Shown piece after piece: positions 9,344-17,509 of a stretch of DNA of 64,000 nucleotides. How positions within the stretch are numbered: position 1 is the stretch's first letter; each line of letters opens with the position of its first letter. The notes under the pieces are model-generated. The model saw only the letters and a program-made list of their open reading frames with translations, ran no database searches and was not told where the DNA came from. The position numbers and the translations under genes are program-made. This DNA is from an uncultured Candidatus Saccharibacteria bacterium (GTDB lineage Bacteria > Patescibacteriota > Minisyncoccia > Phycocordibacterales > UBA6899), in assembly GCA_964386905.1 (NCBI GenBank), contig CAYLUP010000002.1, forward strand, positions 64,522 through 128,521. The letters run 5' to 3'.

Positions 9344-10126
9344 TTATTGCTGTGACAATTGGGTGATTGCAGCACGAAATGCATCGATGGGCTGTGCACC
9401 GTTGACTGGGCGTTGACGTCCCGTCTTCACATTATAGAGAATATTGTGCGGTGTACCCTGAACGCCTGCCATGTCTCCATTTGCTTTGTCTGCTTGAATA
9501 CGCACAGCCATTTCTCCAGAGTCAAGACATGCGCCGAGTTTTTGCTTGTCGAGACCAACCATGTCAGCAATTCGGTCAAGGTCTTCGCGTTTGAGAGAGT
9601 TGTTTCCTTCTGTGATTTCAAACAACTTGTCTGTATACTTCCAGAACATTTCTTCACCCCCAATTTTTGCAGCACACTCAGTTGCTTCTGCCTCCTTTTC
9701 TGCATAGGTGTGGAATGGAAGTGCCCAGTGGCGGTAGACGATAGCAATCTTATCGCCGAATTCGCTTGCGATTTGCTTGATTGTTGTGTGATGTCGTTTA
9801 CAGAATGGACATTCGAGGTCAGACCATACAATCATTACAAGATCAGCATCAGGATTTCCTATGATGTGGTCCTCATCCCGAATTTGAAGATCTGGACTTA
9901 CTACTCCTGCAGTAGGGGATGCATTTTGTGTGCGTTTTGGGGTACCGTTGCTAGTACGACCAGTAAGGAGGATCGCTCCTGCAATAATGAGCCCCGCAAT
10001 AATTATGGAAACGGGAATCGCATATTGTTGTATATGTTTTGTTGTCATATTGTGTGTAAGTTTACCACTATGGTCGTAGTCGACGACAACGTCTTGTGTT
10101 TCAGTGCATGTGTCTTCGTGTTGCAT
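9344..10126 (-). CDS. Membrane-anchored DsbA/BdbD-family thiol-disulfide oxidoreductase
   Basis: DHIIGNPDA, WSDLECPFC, YRHW, GVQGTP and VNGAQP motifs; N-terminal TM; TGcTATAAT upstream of ATG 10126. Confidence 0.9.
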   Translation of the reverse strand: MQHEDTCTETQDVVVDYDHSGKLTHNMTTKHIQQYAIPVSIIIAGLIIAGAILLTGRTSNGTPKRTQNASPTAGVVSPDLQIRDEDHIIGNPDADLVMIVWSDLECPFCKRHHTTIKQIASEFGDKIAIVYRHWALPFHTYAEKEAEATECAAKIGGEEMFWKYTDKLFEITEGNNSLKREDLDRIADMVGLDKQKLGACLDSGEMAVRIQADKANGDMAGVQGTPHNILYNVKTGRQRPVNGAQPIDAFRAAITQLSQQ

Positions 10127-10185
10127 AGTGAGAATATTATAGCATGAAAGAGCGGTGGGTGGGGAGGAGTGATTAGGGAATACGG

Positions 10186-10350
10186 TGGTTAGTGGATAGT
10201 GGATGGTGGATAGGAAGAAAATGACTAAAGGGTGTGGGGTAAGGGAAAAGGGAGGGAGGAAGAAGTGAATAGTGGTACGTGAATAGAAAGTCATGAGTCA
10301 TGAGTCATCAGGTGTGAGAAGGAAGTATTTAGTATGCAGAATGAAGGACA
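10186..10350 (+). repeat. Purine-rich heptamer tandem arrays (RGTGGAT, AGTCATG) with a G-tract cluster
   Basis: agtggat-agtggat-ggtggat; agtcatg-agtcatg-agtcatc; five GGG tracts at 10230-10256. Confidence 0.7.
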
Positions 10351-10357
10351 ATGTATT

Positions 10358-10404
10358 GTCATTGCGACGGCCCCGAGTCCGCGAGGGTCGGTGGCAATCC
10401 AGGA
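10358..10404 (+). repeat. REP-like palindrome, copy 1 (GTCATTGCGA...GTGGCAATCCAGGA)
   Basis: 47-bp imperfect hairpin; three copies in the window. Confidence 0.85.
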
Positions 10405-10460
10405 CTGTGTTTGAGGATAGAGAATGGAGAAAGGTAAGAATGATTTATGATTTAAGAATT

Positions 10461-10507
10461 GTCATTGCGACAACCTTGAGTCTTCGAGAGTTGGTGGCAA
10501 TCCAGGA
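10461..10507 (+). repeat. REP-like palindrome, copy 2
   Basis: gtcattgcgacaaccttgagtcttcgagagttggtggcaatccagga. Confidence 0.85.
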
Positions 10508-10618
10508 TTGTATTTTGGGTACAGGAGAAGGGGTATGGAGGATGGGGGCAGGAATCGAGTTCTATCCACAATCCACTTTCCACTATTCACCGCATCTCTT
10601 CTATGCTATTGTCATTTT

Positions 10619-11260
10619 ATGCAGAAAAACTCTCAACAAAAATTGAATCGCATGGGCCCGTCTGGTTCTGTGAAAGCTGGTATTGGTCGCGCAGGCATGA
10701 ATGTCAGATTCGTGAAAGGTATCCAAGGATCAGATTCTGTACTCCAGGTACCGTACCCACAAATTGCCTTTGTCGGAAAATCAAACGTTGGGAAGTCGTC
10801 AACTATTAATGCACTCCTTGGTGGGACATTTGCACGCGTTTCGGCTGTTCCAGGAAAGACACAAGAGATCAATTTCTATTCCGTAAATGACAAACTCTTT
10901 GTCGTTGATCTTCCGGGGTATGGATATGCCAAACTCCCAATCCCTGTTGCGGAAAAAATCCGCAAACATATTTTGTGGTATCTCGGAGAAGGTGAGGTGC
11001 GACCGGAGATGATTGTTCTTATTATTGACGCACGGCACGGTATGACTGATCAAGATAAGGAACTTCTTCATATTTGCGAGCAAGAGCATCATTCAATTCT
11101 TGTGGCTTTGAATAAATGGGATAAGTTGAATCAATCAGAACGCGTAAAAGCAGAACGTGCTCTTACTGCTGAATTTCCGCATGTTGAATGGATGGCAATT
11201 TCAGCGGAAAAGAAGTACCACATTGCGGAGCTGTATGAGAAGTTGCGGTTGGGAAGATAG
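10619..11260 (+). CDS. engB: Ribosome biogenesis GTPase YihA/YsxC
   Basis: AFVGKSNVGKSS (G1), PGKTQEINF, VDLPGYGYA (G3), NKWDK (G4). Confidence 0.95.
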   Translation: MQKNSQQKLNRMGPSGSVKAGIGRAGMNVRFVKGIQGSDSVLQVPYPQIAFVGKSNVGKSSTINALLGGTFARVSAVPGKTQEINFYSVNDKLFVVDLPGYGYAKLPIPVAEKIRKHILWYLGEGEVRPEMIVLIIDARHGMTDQDKELLHICEQEHHSILVALNKWDKLNQSERVKAERALTAEFPHVEWMAISAEKKYHIAELYEKLRLGR

Positions 11261-11266
11261 GAGTAC

Positions 11267-11367
11267 GGTGGATGGTGGGTGGTGGATGGTGGATGGTAAG
11301 AGAATAGAGGATAGAGAATGGAGAATGGTAAGAATGATTTATGATTTATGAATGAAGATTTAAGAAT
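11267..11367 (+). repeat. Heptamer arrays (GGTGGAT)n and a copy of the 10415-10459 segment
   Basis: ggtggat x4 variants; ggatagagaatggagaa-ggtaagaatgatttatgattta is shared with 10415-10454. Confidence 0.75.
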
Positions 11368-11381
11368 GAATACTTTGTATT

Positions 11382-11428
11382 GTCATTGCGACAATCTCGA
11401 GTCTTCGAGAGTTGGTGGCAATCCAGGA
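11382..11428 (+). repeat. REP-like palindrome, copy 3
   Basis: gtcattgcgacaatctcgagtcttcgagagttggtggcaatccagga. Confidence 0.85.
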
Positions 11429-11470
11429 CTGTGTATGGTGGATGGTGGACAGAGAAAGAGTATAAAAAAT

Positions 11471-11498
11471 AAAAAAATCCCCGAGAGGGGATTTTTTT
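11471..11498. terminator. Bidirectional terminator
   Basis: aaaaaaatcccc-gaga-ggggattttttt. Confidence 0.8.
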
Positions 11499-11502
11499 GA
11501 GA

Positions 11503-11793
11503 TTACCACTGCTGGCGTGGGCGGAATTCGCGCTGTGGGCGATCCTCCTTTGGGCGAGCGATGTTCACCGTAAGGCGGCGTCCACCGAACTCCTTGTCAT
11601 GCCACATGTCGATAGCTGCATTTGCCATCTCTTCAGTCTCCATTTCAACGAAACCAAAACCACGTGAGCGGCGAGTTTCGCGATCTGTTACGATTGAAGC
11701 TGACACTACAGTACCTGCAGTTGCAAAAGCGTCCTTGAGCTCCGCATCTGTTGTTGAATATGGGAGACCACCGACGTAAAGCTTTGTTGTCAT
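11503..11793 (-). CDS. RRM (RNP-1) RNA-binding protein
   Basis: KLYVGGL (RNP2), RSRGFGFVEM (RNP1), LTVNIARP. Confidence 0.95.
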   Translation of the reverse strand: MTTKLYVGGLPYSTTDAELKDAFATAGTVVSASIVTDRETRRSRGFGFVEMETEEMANAAIDMWHDKEFGGRRLTVNIARPKEDRPQREFRPRQQW

Positions 11794-11948
11794 ACTACTC
11801 GGAAAAATTGAACGAATAATCGTGAACGACCTTCCCGAGTAACCTAGGCAGAACCCAAATGCACGAGAATAACACGAACAGCATAATGATACAGGAAATA
11901 GAAAATTATGCAACTGTTTCTTTTTTGGCCATCTGATACACTGCATAT

Positions 11949-12173
11949 GTGAATATTCGCGTGAAAGTACAACTGAACATGAAGCAAGAGTCAGTCTTTC
12001 CTTTATCAGATGGGCGTTTTCAGGTTGCTGTATCAGCAGATCGAAAACACGGGGAGGCGAACATACGCATTGCTAAACTCCTCGCCGAATATTTTGCTAT
12101 TCCTTCATCGTCTGTAGTCCTTGTTTCTGGACACACCCAGTCGACGAAAGTATTTCGGGTATATGGAGCGTAG
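11949..12173 (+). CDS. DUF167/YggU-family protein
   Basis: IRVKV, GEAN...LAEYF, LVSGHTQSTKV; TGaTACACT 6 nt upstream of GTG. Confidence 0.8.
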   Translation: MNIRVKVQLNMKQESVFPLSDGRFQVAVSADRKHGEANIRIAKLLAEYFAIPSSSVVLVSGHTQSTKVFRVYGA

Positions 12174-12224
12174 GTGGATAGAGAGTCGAGACCCACGACT
12201 CTCTCTCCATGCTATACTATGTTT

Positions 12225-13466
12225 ATGTTGGACTTTCTTTCGGAGAAAACACGAACACCTCTTCTGCATGGAAGTATTTTAATCGCATGCTCTAGCTTTT
12301 TAGTTTTTCTCTTCTGGAATATCTTCTCTGTGGCGCCTGTGTCTTTTTTTCATTCGTCCTTTTCTTATTTTTGGTTTTTTTTGGCGCTTTTTTTTGGGTT
12401 ACTTTCACAAACATCTTCATCCGCATTTCCATATCTTTTTACTTTTCTCCCATCGACACGTGAACGAGATCGGTTTGTTCCAATGCGTGCAGTGACGTAT
12501 GCATTCACTGTGCTTATACTTGCACTTGGTGTTGGTATGTCGACCTCATATTTGGGCTTTCCTATTTTTACGGCTCTCACGATATTTCCCTCGAGAGAAG
12601 TAGTGTTTGCTTCACTATGCATTGTGTCACTTTTGGTTGCATATGGAATGGGGCTGTATTGGACTGGTCTTATGTCCCATTCTCCTTCGTCATCACAGGC
12701 ACTTCGAATTCCTTTCGTGTATCGCTACCACAAAGTATTGAGTGATATCGTCTACGCTGGTTTCTCCTTTATTCTCGACATTGTTCCATTTTTATGGCTG
12801 CCTCTGCTGGACATCCTACTTCGTGGCGACATGCTCTATGGGTTATACGTATTGCTTGCATTTGCAATCGGGAGAATCCTTCCCGTTATCGTAGTCTCCA
12901 TATACACAGGATTTCATATCGATCTTTCAGCATGGCTTCTTCAAAAACGTCAGAGTGTACAATATACGATTGCCGGGACGTATATTATTGTCTCCGTATT
13001 TCTCTTTTCTTTTTCCACACAGATGATTACGCAAATTCTCCCATATTTTCGTGATCGTGCGCAGCTTGTCTTTGTGTTCACTGATACGATGCTCCCGATT
13101 TTATTGATTCTTCCACTTTGGATATACTTTTTTGTGCGATTTCGAAAGGTATATAGTTCGCTTTCAGCGCAACTCGCAGATATACGCACACACCTCAATG
13201 CCCTGTTGCGGATCAGGGGACGATTATCGATTCATTGTGCGCTGCTTCCACATTCTCCCCAGCGCTGTCTTTCTTCCATTCAAAATTATATTCAAGATTT
13301 AGACCACGAAGCAGCGGTTCTTTCTTCTGCCGTTCGTCATCAACTTCACACTCCGCTGCGTGCACGTAATGTTCAGGAAAGAGAAGAGCGAAGATTATGG
13401 GTATTGCTTTTACATACTACTGTATGTTCTGTGGCTACGATTGTTCTCTATTATGTATTCTTATAA
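12225..13466 (+). CDS. Polytopic membrane protein, CcdA/DsbD-TM-like (degenerate)
   Basis: About 10 TM segments; FFGLLSQTSSSAFP and LLAFAIGRILP recall CcdA, but the PC cysteines are absent. Confidence 0.5.
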   Translation: MLDFLSEKTRTPLLHGSILIACSSFLVFLFWNIFSVAPVSFFHSSFSYFWFFLALFFGLLSQTSSSAFPYLFTFLPSTRERDRFVPMRAVTYAFTVLILALGVGMSTSYLGFPIFTALTIFPSREVVFASLCIVSLLVAYGMGLYWTGLMSHSPSSSQALRIPFVYRYHKVLSDIVYAGFSFILDIVPFLWLPLLDILLRGDMLYGLYVLLAFAIGRILPVIVVSIYTGFHIDLSAWLLQKRQSVQYTIAGTYIIVSVFLFSFSTQMITQILPYFRDRAQLVFVFTDTMLPILLILPLWIYFFVRFRKVYSSLSAQLADIRTHLNALLRIRGRLSIHCALLPHSPQRCLSSIQNYIQDLDHEAAVLSSAVRHQLHTPLRARNVQEREERRLWVLLLHTTVCSVATIVLYYVFL

Positions 13467-13489
13467 ACATAGACCATCGTGGTGATGGT

Positions 13490-13861
13490 CTATTCTTCTT
13501 CCTCAACATACTCTGAAATAATTCTTCTTGCCTCATCTGCATCACACTGTGTGATGGCGATGAGATACGCTTCATATGTTTTTGGAGCTTGTTCTTTCAT
13601 GTTTTGTTCTAATTCATCCCGGAAAAGTGTGTACGCACGGAAGGCTTCCTCTTTGTGAGCACCCCCTGTCGAAATAAGCTCGCTCCAGTGTGCAATGCCC
13701 ATTGCCTTTAAGAAAAAATAAAAACACGCAGTGTTTTGTGCGTCATACATATTGAGTTCTTGCCCACTCAGCTGTCCACGTTCAGGGGATAGTAGTATGT
13801 GTAGGGCTTCGACAAGTGACTCGTTATTCCGTTGTCCTCGCTCGAGAGACATATGTTTCAA
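13490..13861 (-). CDS. Hypothetical protein
   Basis: 123-aa helical ORF overlapping the NUDIX gene's 3' end; no recognisable motif. Confidence 0.55.
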   Translation of the reverse strand: MKHMSLERGQRNNESLVEALHILLSPERGQLSGQELNMYDAQNTACFYFFLKAMGIAHWSELISTGGAHKEEAFRAYTLFRDELEQNMKEQAPKTYEAYLIAITQCDADEARRIISEYVEEEE

Positions 13862-14264
13862 TATGAGGCTTGATGGATGTGAAGAATGCTTTGTCTCGAG
13901 GGTGTGTTAATCGGTCAACGACCTCTTCGACTGGCGTCCAGAGGGCACCGGTAATTTCACTGCTGTGTGGTGTGAGATTTTCATCTTGTGTTGTAAAAAG
14001 ATACATCGTGATTGTACGAAGCTCGTCACTATCTGTCGGGTGTTTCTTGATACGCATTCGCTCGTAGAACCCGAGTGGTGCAATAAAAGTGAGGTGACTT
14101 TCATTTAAGCCGGTTTCTTCCCAGATTTCTCTATATGCAGCTTCTTTCGGGCTTTCTTCGTTTTCAACATGACCTTTTGGAAAAGACCATGAATCATGGT
14201 TTTGATTGACAAGGGCGATGCCTTTTTCTTGATGATAAATCACTCCTCCTGCAACGTGTATCAT
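13824..14264 (-). CDS. NUDIX hydrolase
   Basis: WSFPKGHVENEESPKEAAYREIWEETGL Nudix box. Confidence 0.93.
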   Translation of the reverse strand: MIHVAGGVIYHQEKGIALVNQNHDSWSFPKGHVENEESPKEAAYREIWEETGLNESHLTFIAPLGFYERMRIKKHPTDSDELRTITMYLFTTQDENLTPHSSEITGALWTPVEEVVDRLTHPRDKAFFTSIKPHIETYVSRARTTE

Positions 14265-14334
14265 TTTCGTATTCTAGCATGCGCGATTATTTTTTCCACT
14301 GCAGAACATTCATGGTCTGTGGTATACTATAAGC

Positions 14335-15816
14335 GTGAATCTGTTTTTTGAAAGAACAGTGATTCTGGTAACAGTCCTCGTTTCTGGGGCGTTTTTTGGT
14401 CTGCATGCTTTTGCTCAAGTTTCCGGAGATGGTGTCCCACCGAAGCTTTCAAACATTATTGTTTCTGACGTCACCGCAACAAGTGCTGTTGTGACGTGGG
14501 AGACAGATGAGGAGGCAGATTCGGAAGTGAATTATTGTTTGACAAAGGATTATGGTATTGCACGAAATCCTGTTGCCGACAAGAAACAGCACCGCATGTT
14601 TTTGGAAAATCTTGATCCATCCACACTCTACCACCTACGTGTCGGTTCGAAAGATACTGGAGGGAATCAGGCACTTTCTGGAGATTATACATTCTTTACA
14701 CAGGGAGTGATCCAAGTAAAAACATTGGAGCGGCTCGTTCCAGAGGAGCGCATTAACGTTGAAAAAGTTGTTCAAATTCTTCAGCGTGTTGAGTCCCAAG
14801 AAGCTCTCGAGATTATTCAGCAGGAAGTTACAAAAGCGATAAAAAAGAATACCGATCCGCCACTTATTATGGGTCCACCGAATATCAAAGAAATCGGCAT
14901 GGACTATGTGATTGTTGAGTGGGTGACCGATGAAGAATCTTCTTCTATTGTCGAGTATGCGCGAGAGCAGGAATATGATGCATCTGTCCCAGATCGCTAT
15001 TCTTCTCAGACAACAGATGCGGCGATGACAAAAGAGCACATTATTCGTGTTGTGGGCCTCAACCCTGGAACGATGTATCACCTTCGTGCGGGCTCAGAGA
15101 ATGGTGTTGGGTTGACTGGGTATTCGAGAGATGTGACATTCCAGACGAAGTCGCCAATGCCAACAATCCAGAGTTTTCGTGTGATTAAGGCAGAGGCAGA
15201 TAGCGCGACATTGGGCTGGAAAACGAGTGTACCTGCAGCAGGTATTGTTGAGTATACCGATATTAAAACAAAAGAAGTTCGCTCGGCCGGTTCTCCTATT
15301 TTTGCCTCAACGCAGGCAGTAAAAATTGCAGGCTTGAAACTGGGCGCGCGTTATAAAGCAGTAGTGAAAGCAGAGAATGCGGCAGGCGAAAAAACTGTGA
15401 GTGAGCCGCTCTACTTCTCGACAGTGAAAGATACGACACCTCCAATCATCAGTAAGGTCACAAATGAATCAACATTGTATCCAACTGCGGAGGCAAAAGT
15501 GCAGACTATCATTTCGTGGGCAACTGATGAGCCAGCATACTGTACGATGCATTATCGCGCTGGACTGAATCCGAGCATCGAACCCGTTCATCGCGAAGAA
15601 GAGAGAGAACCAAGAACAAATCATGTGGAAGTTGTTATTGAGTTTATGCCGTCAACGGTGTACCAATTCTGGATGACTTGCCGTGACTCTTCTCGTAATT
15701 CTGCAGAGTCAGAAAAGTTTGTACTCTTCACCCCAAATAAGGAAAAGAGCATTATTGATATCATCCTCGAAAACTTTGAAGGCGCATTTGGATGGGTAAA
15801 GAATATTGGAAAATAA
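14335..15816 (+). CDS. Secreted multi-Fn3 (purple acid phosphatase N-terminal-like) protein
   Basis: Signal peptide; four W.TD(E)...H...L..L.P.T.Y-type repeats; C-terminal amphipathic helix. Confidence 0.85.
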   Translation: MNLFFERTVILVTVLVSGAFFGLHAFAQVSGDGVPPKLSNIIVSDVTATSAVVTWETDEEADSEVNYCLTKDYGIARNPVADKKQHRMFLENLDPSTLYHLRVGSKDTGGNQALSGDYTFFTQGVIQVKTLERLVPEERINVEKVVQILQRVESQEALEIIQQEVTKAIKKNTDPPLIMGPPNIKEIGMDYVIVEWVTDEESSSIVEYAREQEYDASVPDRYSSQTTDAAMTKEHIIRVVGLNPGTMYHLRAGSENGVGLTGYSRDVTFQTKSPMPTIQSFRVIKAEADSATLGWKTSVPAAGIVEYTDIKTKEVRSAGSPIFASTQAVKIAGLKLGARYKAVVKAENAAGEKTVSEPLYFSTVKDTTPPIISKVTNESTLYPTAEAKVQTIISWATDEPAYCTMHYRAGLNPSIEPVHREEEREPRTNHVEVVIEFMPSTVYQFWMTCRDSSRNSAESEKFVLFTPNKEKSIIDIILENFEGAFGWVKNIGK

Positions 15817-15903
15817 TAAAAAACTACACACTGTGTGGTTTTTTGTTGTTGCGGCGGTGGTGTGCATATGGTAGGGTGTGCCCAGATTCTTTCGAGGTGT
15901 TAC

Positions 15904-16422
15904 ATGAAAATCGTTCTTACTGGTTTTGTCCTTCTGGCAGCACTTTTTGGATGTCGATCGCCGTATGCTCATCCACAGTCTGGTGTGACGGTCGTGAGCG
16001 TATATCCTCGACCTGGCGAAAAAAAAGTATCCAATTTTGCTGTTCTCAGTATTACATTTTCGAAGCCGCTTTCGTTGCATAAAGATGCCTTCCGTGTTTA
16101 TCTTTTAGGACAACGTACACAGAGTATCGTTCCGGGTTTTATTTACCCATCAAGAGATATGATGACGTATTCTTTTGTCCCAACATATCCATACAAGAAA
16201 GGGGAGCGATATTGCGCAGTTCTTCGCGGATATCCACCGCTGTATTTTTATGGAAACGATTCTCTCGTCTGGGACTTCCAGATTGAGCGTAAGGGCGTAT
16301 TTGAATGGTTTTCGTCACTGTGGGAAAAAGAAGAGCCTCCACCGCGTTTTTATTTTCACGGTGGACCTCTTCAGGAGGTTCCTGGGAATGTGGAGGGGCC
16401 ACACTCATTTCGTCCATATTAA
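15904..16422 (+). CDS. Putative lipoprotein with a bacterial Ig-like (Big_5) domain
   Basis: SD GAGGTG; MKIVLTGFVLLAALFG-C lipobox; VVSVYP..G...V, ITFSKPL, F.P.......Y, WDF. Confidence 0.6.
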   Translation: MKIVLTGFVLLAALFGCRSPYAHPQSGVTVVSVYPRPGEKKVSNFAVLSITFSKPLSLHKDAFRVYLLGQRTQSIVPGFIYPSRDMMTYSFVPTYPYKKGERYCAVLRGYPPLYFYGNDSLVWDFQIERKGVFEWFSSLWEKEEPPPRFYFHGGPLQEVPGNVEGPHSFRPY

Positions 16423-16432
16423 TCTAAAGAGT

Positions 16433-16458
16433 AAAAAAGTCGCTCGTTGAGCGACTTT
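16433..16458. terminator. Bidirectional terminator
   Basis: aaaagtcgctc-gtt-gagcgactttt. Confidence 0.75.
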
Positions 16459-17417
16459 TATAATGGAACAATCATTGTAAATGCAGTCTGTTCTTCGGAT
16501 GATGAAATCGTGAGTTCAATGTTAAGAATATCTGCGAGGAGGTGTGCAGTGTGTGGACCGAGTGATGCAGATTCCATTTCGCCGGTGTGAGGATTTCTAA
16601 TGACACGGGAAAAGATGTCTTTTTGAACGTATTCTGGTGCTGGAGGTGCGTTGTCTGCAATGATAATTTTAACCCCGGAACCATTTTCGTGTTGAGTGCG
16701 AAATGCACGAATCGTGATTGTGTCTGTTGCACCACGTGTTCGCTCAAGACTGTAGGTATAAAGCGATTGGATAATATCTGCGAGAACAACATGGTCTGTG
16801 GTGGCGAGAAGGGTTTCAGGTGGAGGAATAAATGCAAGATGAGAACCATGTGCAAGTGTTCTCCGTGACATTATTGAAAGGACGTTCTCTATTGTCGCTG
16901 CAATATTTCCTTGTGTTTTTGTGATGACAACTTCTTTGCGGTCAATGCGTGAGAGGAGGACAAGGTTGCGGACAATATCTAGAATGTGATCATTACGGTC
17001 ACGAATATGGAGAAGGGTCTCCTGGTCTTGTTTTGAGAGAGATTCGAAGGAGGGTTCGAGCGTGCGAATACCCCATTTCATTGCGGTACTTGCTTCGGCA
17101 ATGTCGCGGGACGCAATGTGTGTGAATTCATTGCGAAGGGCTTCAATTTCTGATTGGTGTTGGAGGGCCTGCTCTTTCTTCTCGATATTGTTTTGTAAGC
17201 GATTGACAAGTAAAAAGAGGAGAAACATGAGTGCGGCAGCAACAGAAATTTCTGTAACGAGTGCTACCTCTGTTTCCAAGTAGAGGTCCGCATATTTTTG
17301 TGTCAGAACAATGATTGCAACACTAAAGGTTCCAAAAATAAGGCTCGCAAAAGCGGGACATTTGTAGAATGGAATGCCGAGTCGTTTGCATGCAGAACGT
17401 GATGAGGTACTTGCCAT
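16458..17417 (-). CDS. Membrane histidine-kinase-like protein with degenerate H, N and G boxes (pseudokinase)
   Basis: 2 TM, coiled coil, NEFTHIASRDI (H-box His replaced by Arg), IADNAPP, SASLGP. Confidence 0.75.
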   Translation of the reverse strand: MASTSSRSACKRLGIPFYKCPAFASLIFGTFSVAIIVLTQKYADLYLETEVALVTEISVAAALMFLLFLLVNRLQNNIEKKEQALQHQSEIEALRNEFTHIASRDIAEASTAMKWGIRTLEPSFESLSKQDQETLLHIRDRNDHILDIVRNLVLLSRIDRKEVVITKTQGNIAATIENVLSIMSRRTLAHGSHLAFIPPPETLLATTDHVVLADIIQSLYTYSLERTRGATDTITIRAFRTQHENGSGVKIIIADNAPPAPEYVQKDIFSRVIRNPHTGEMESASLGPHTAHLLADILNIELTISSSEEQTAFTMIVPL

Positions 17418-17509
17418 GTTTCTAGTATACCTTGATTTCGCTTCCTTCGTATTTGTTTATCCACTCTCCCAGTGTTCATATGGAAGAGTTTTTGATACAA
17501 TAGGAACGT

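Noticed and set aside
9359-10646. ORFs 9359-10147(+), 10293-10646(+) and the long N-terminal extensions of the DsbA and EngB ORFs
   Set aside because: Antisense shadow or translation through low-complexity repeats; promoter positions support the shorter starts
10358-11428. CRISPR array from the 47-bp repeats
   Set aside because: Only three copies, irregular spacing with a gene in between, the intervening sequence is itself repeated, and there are no cas genes
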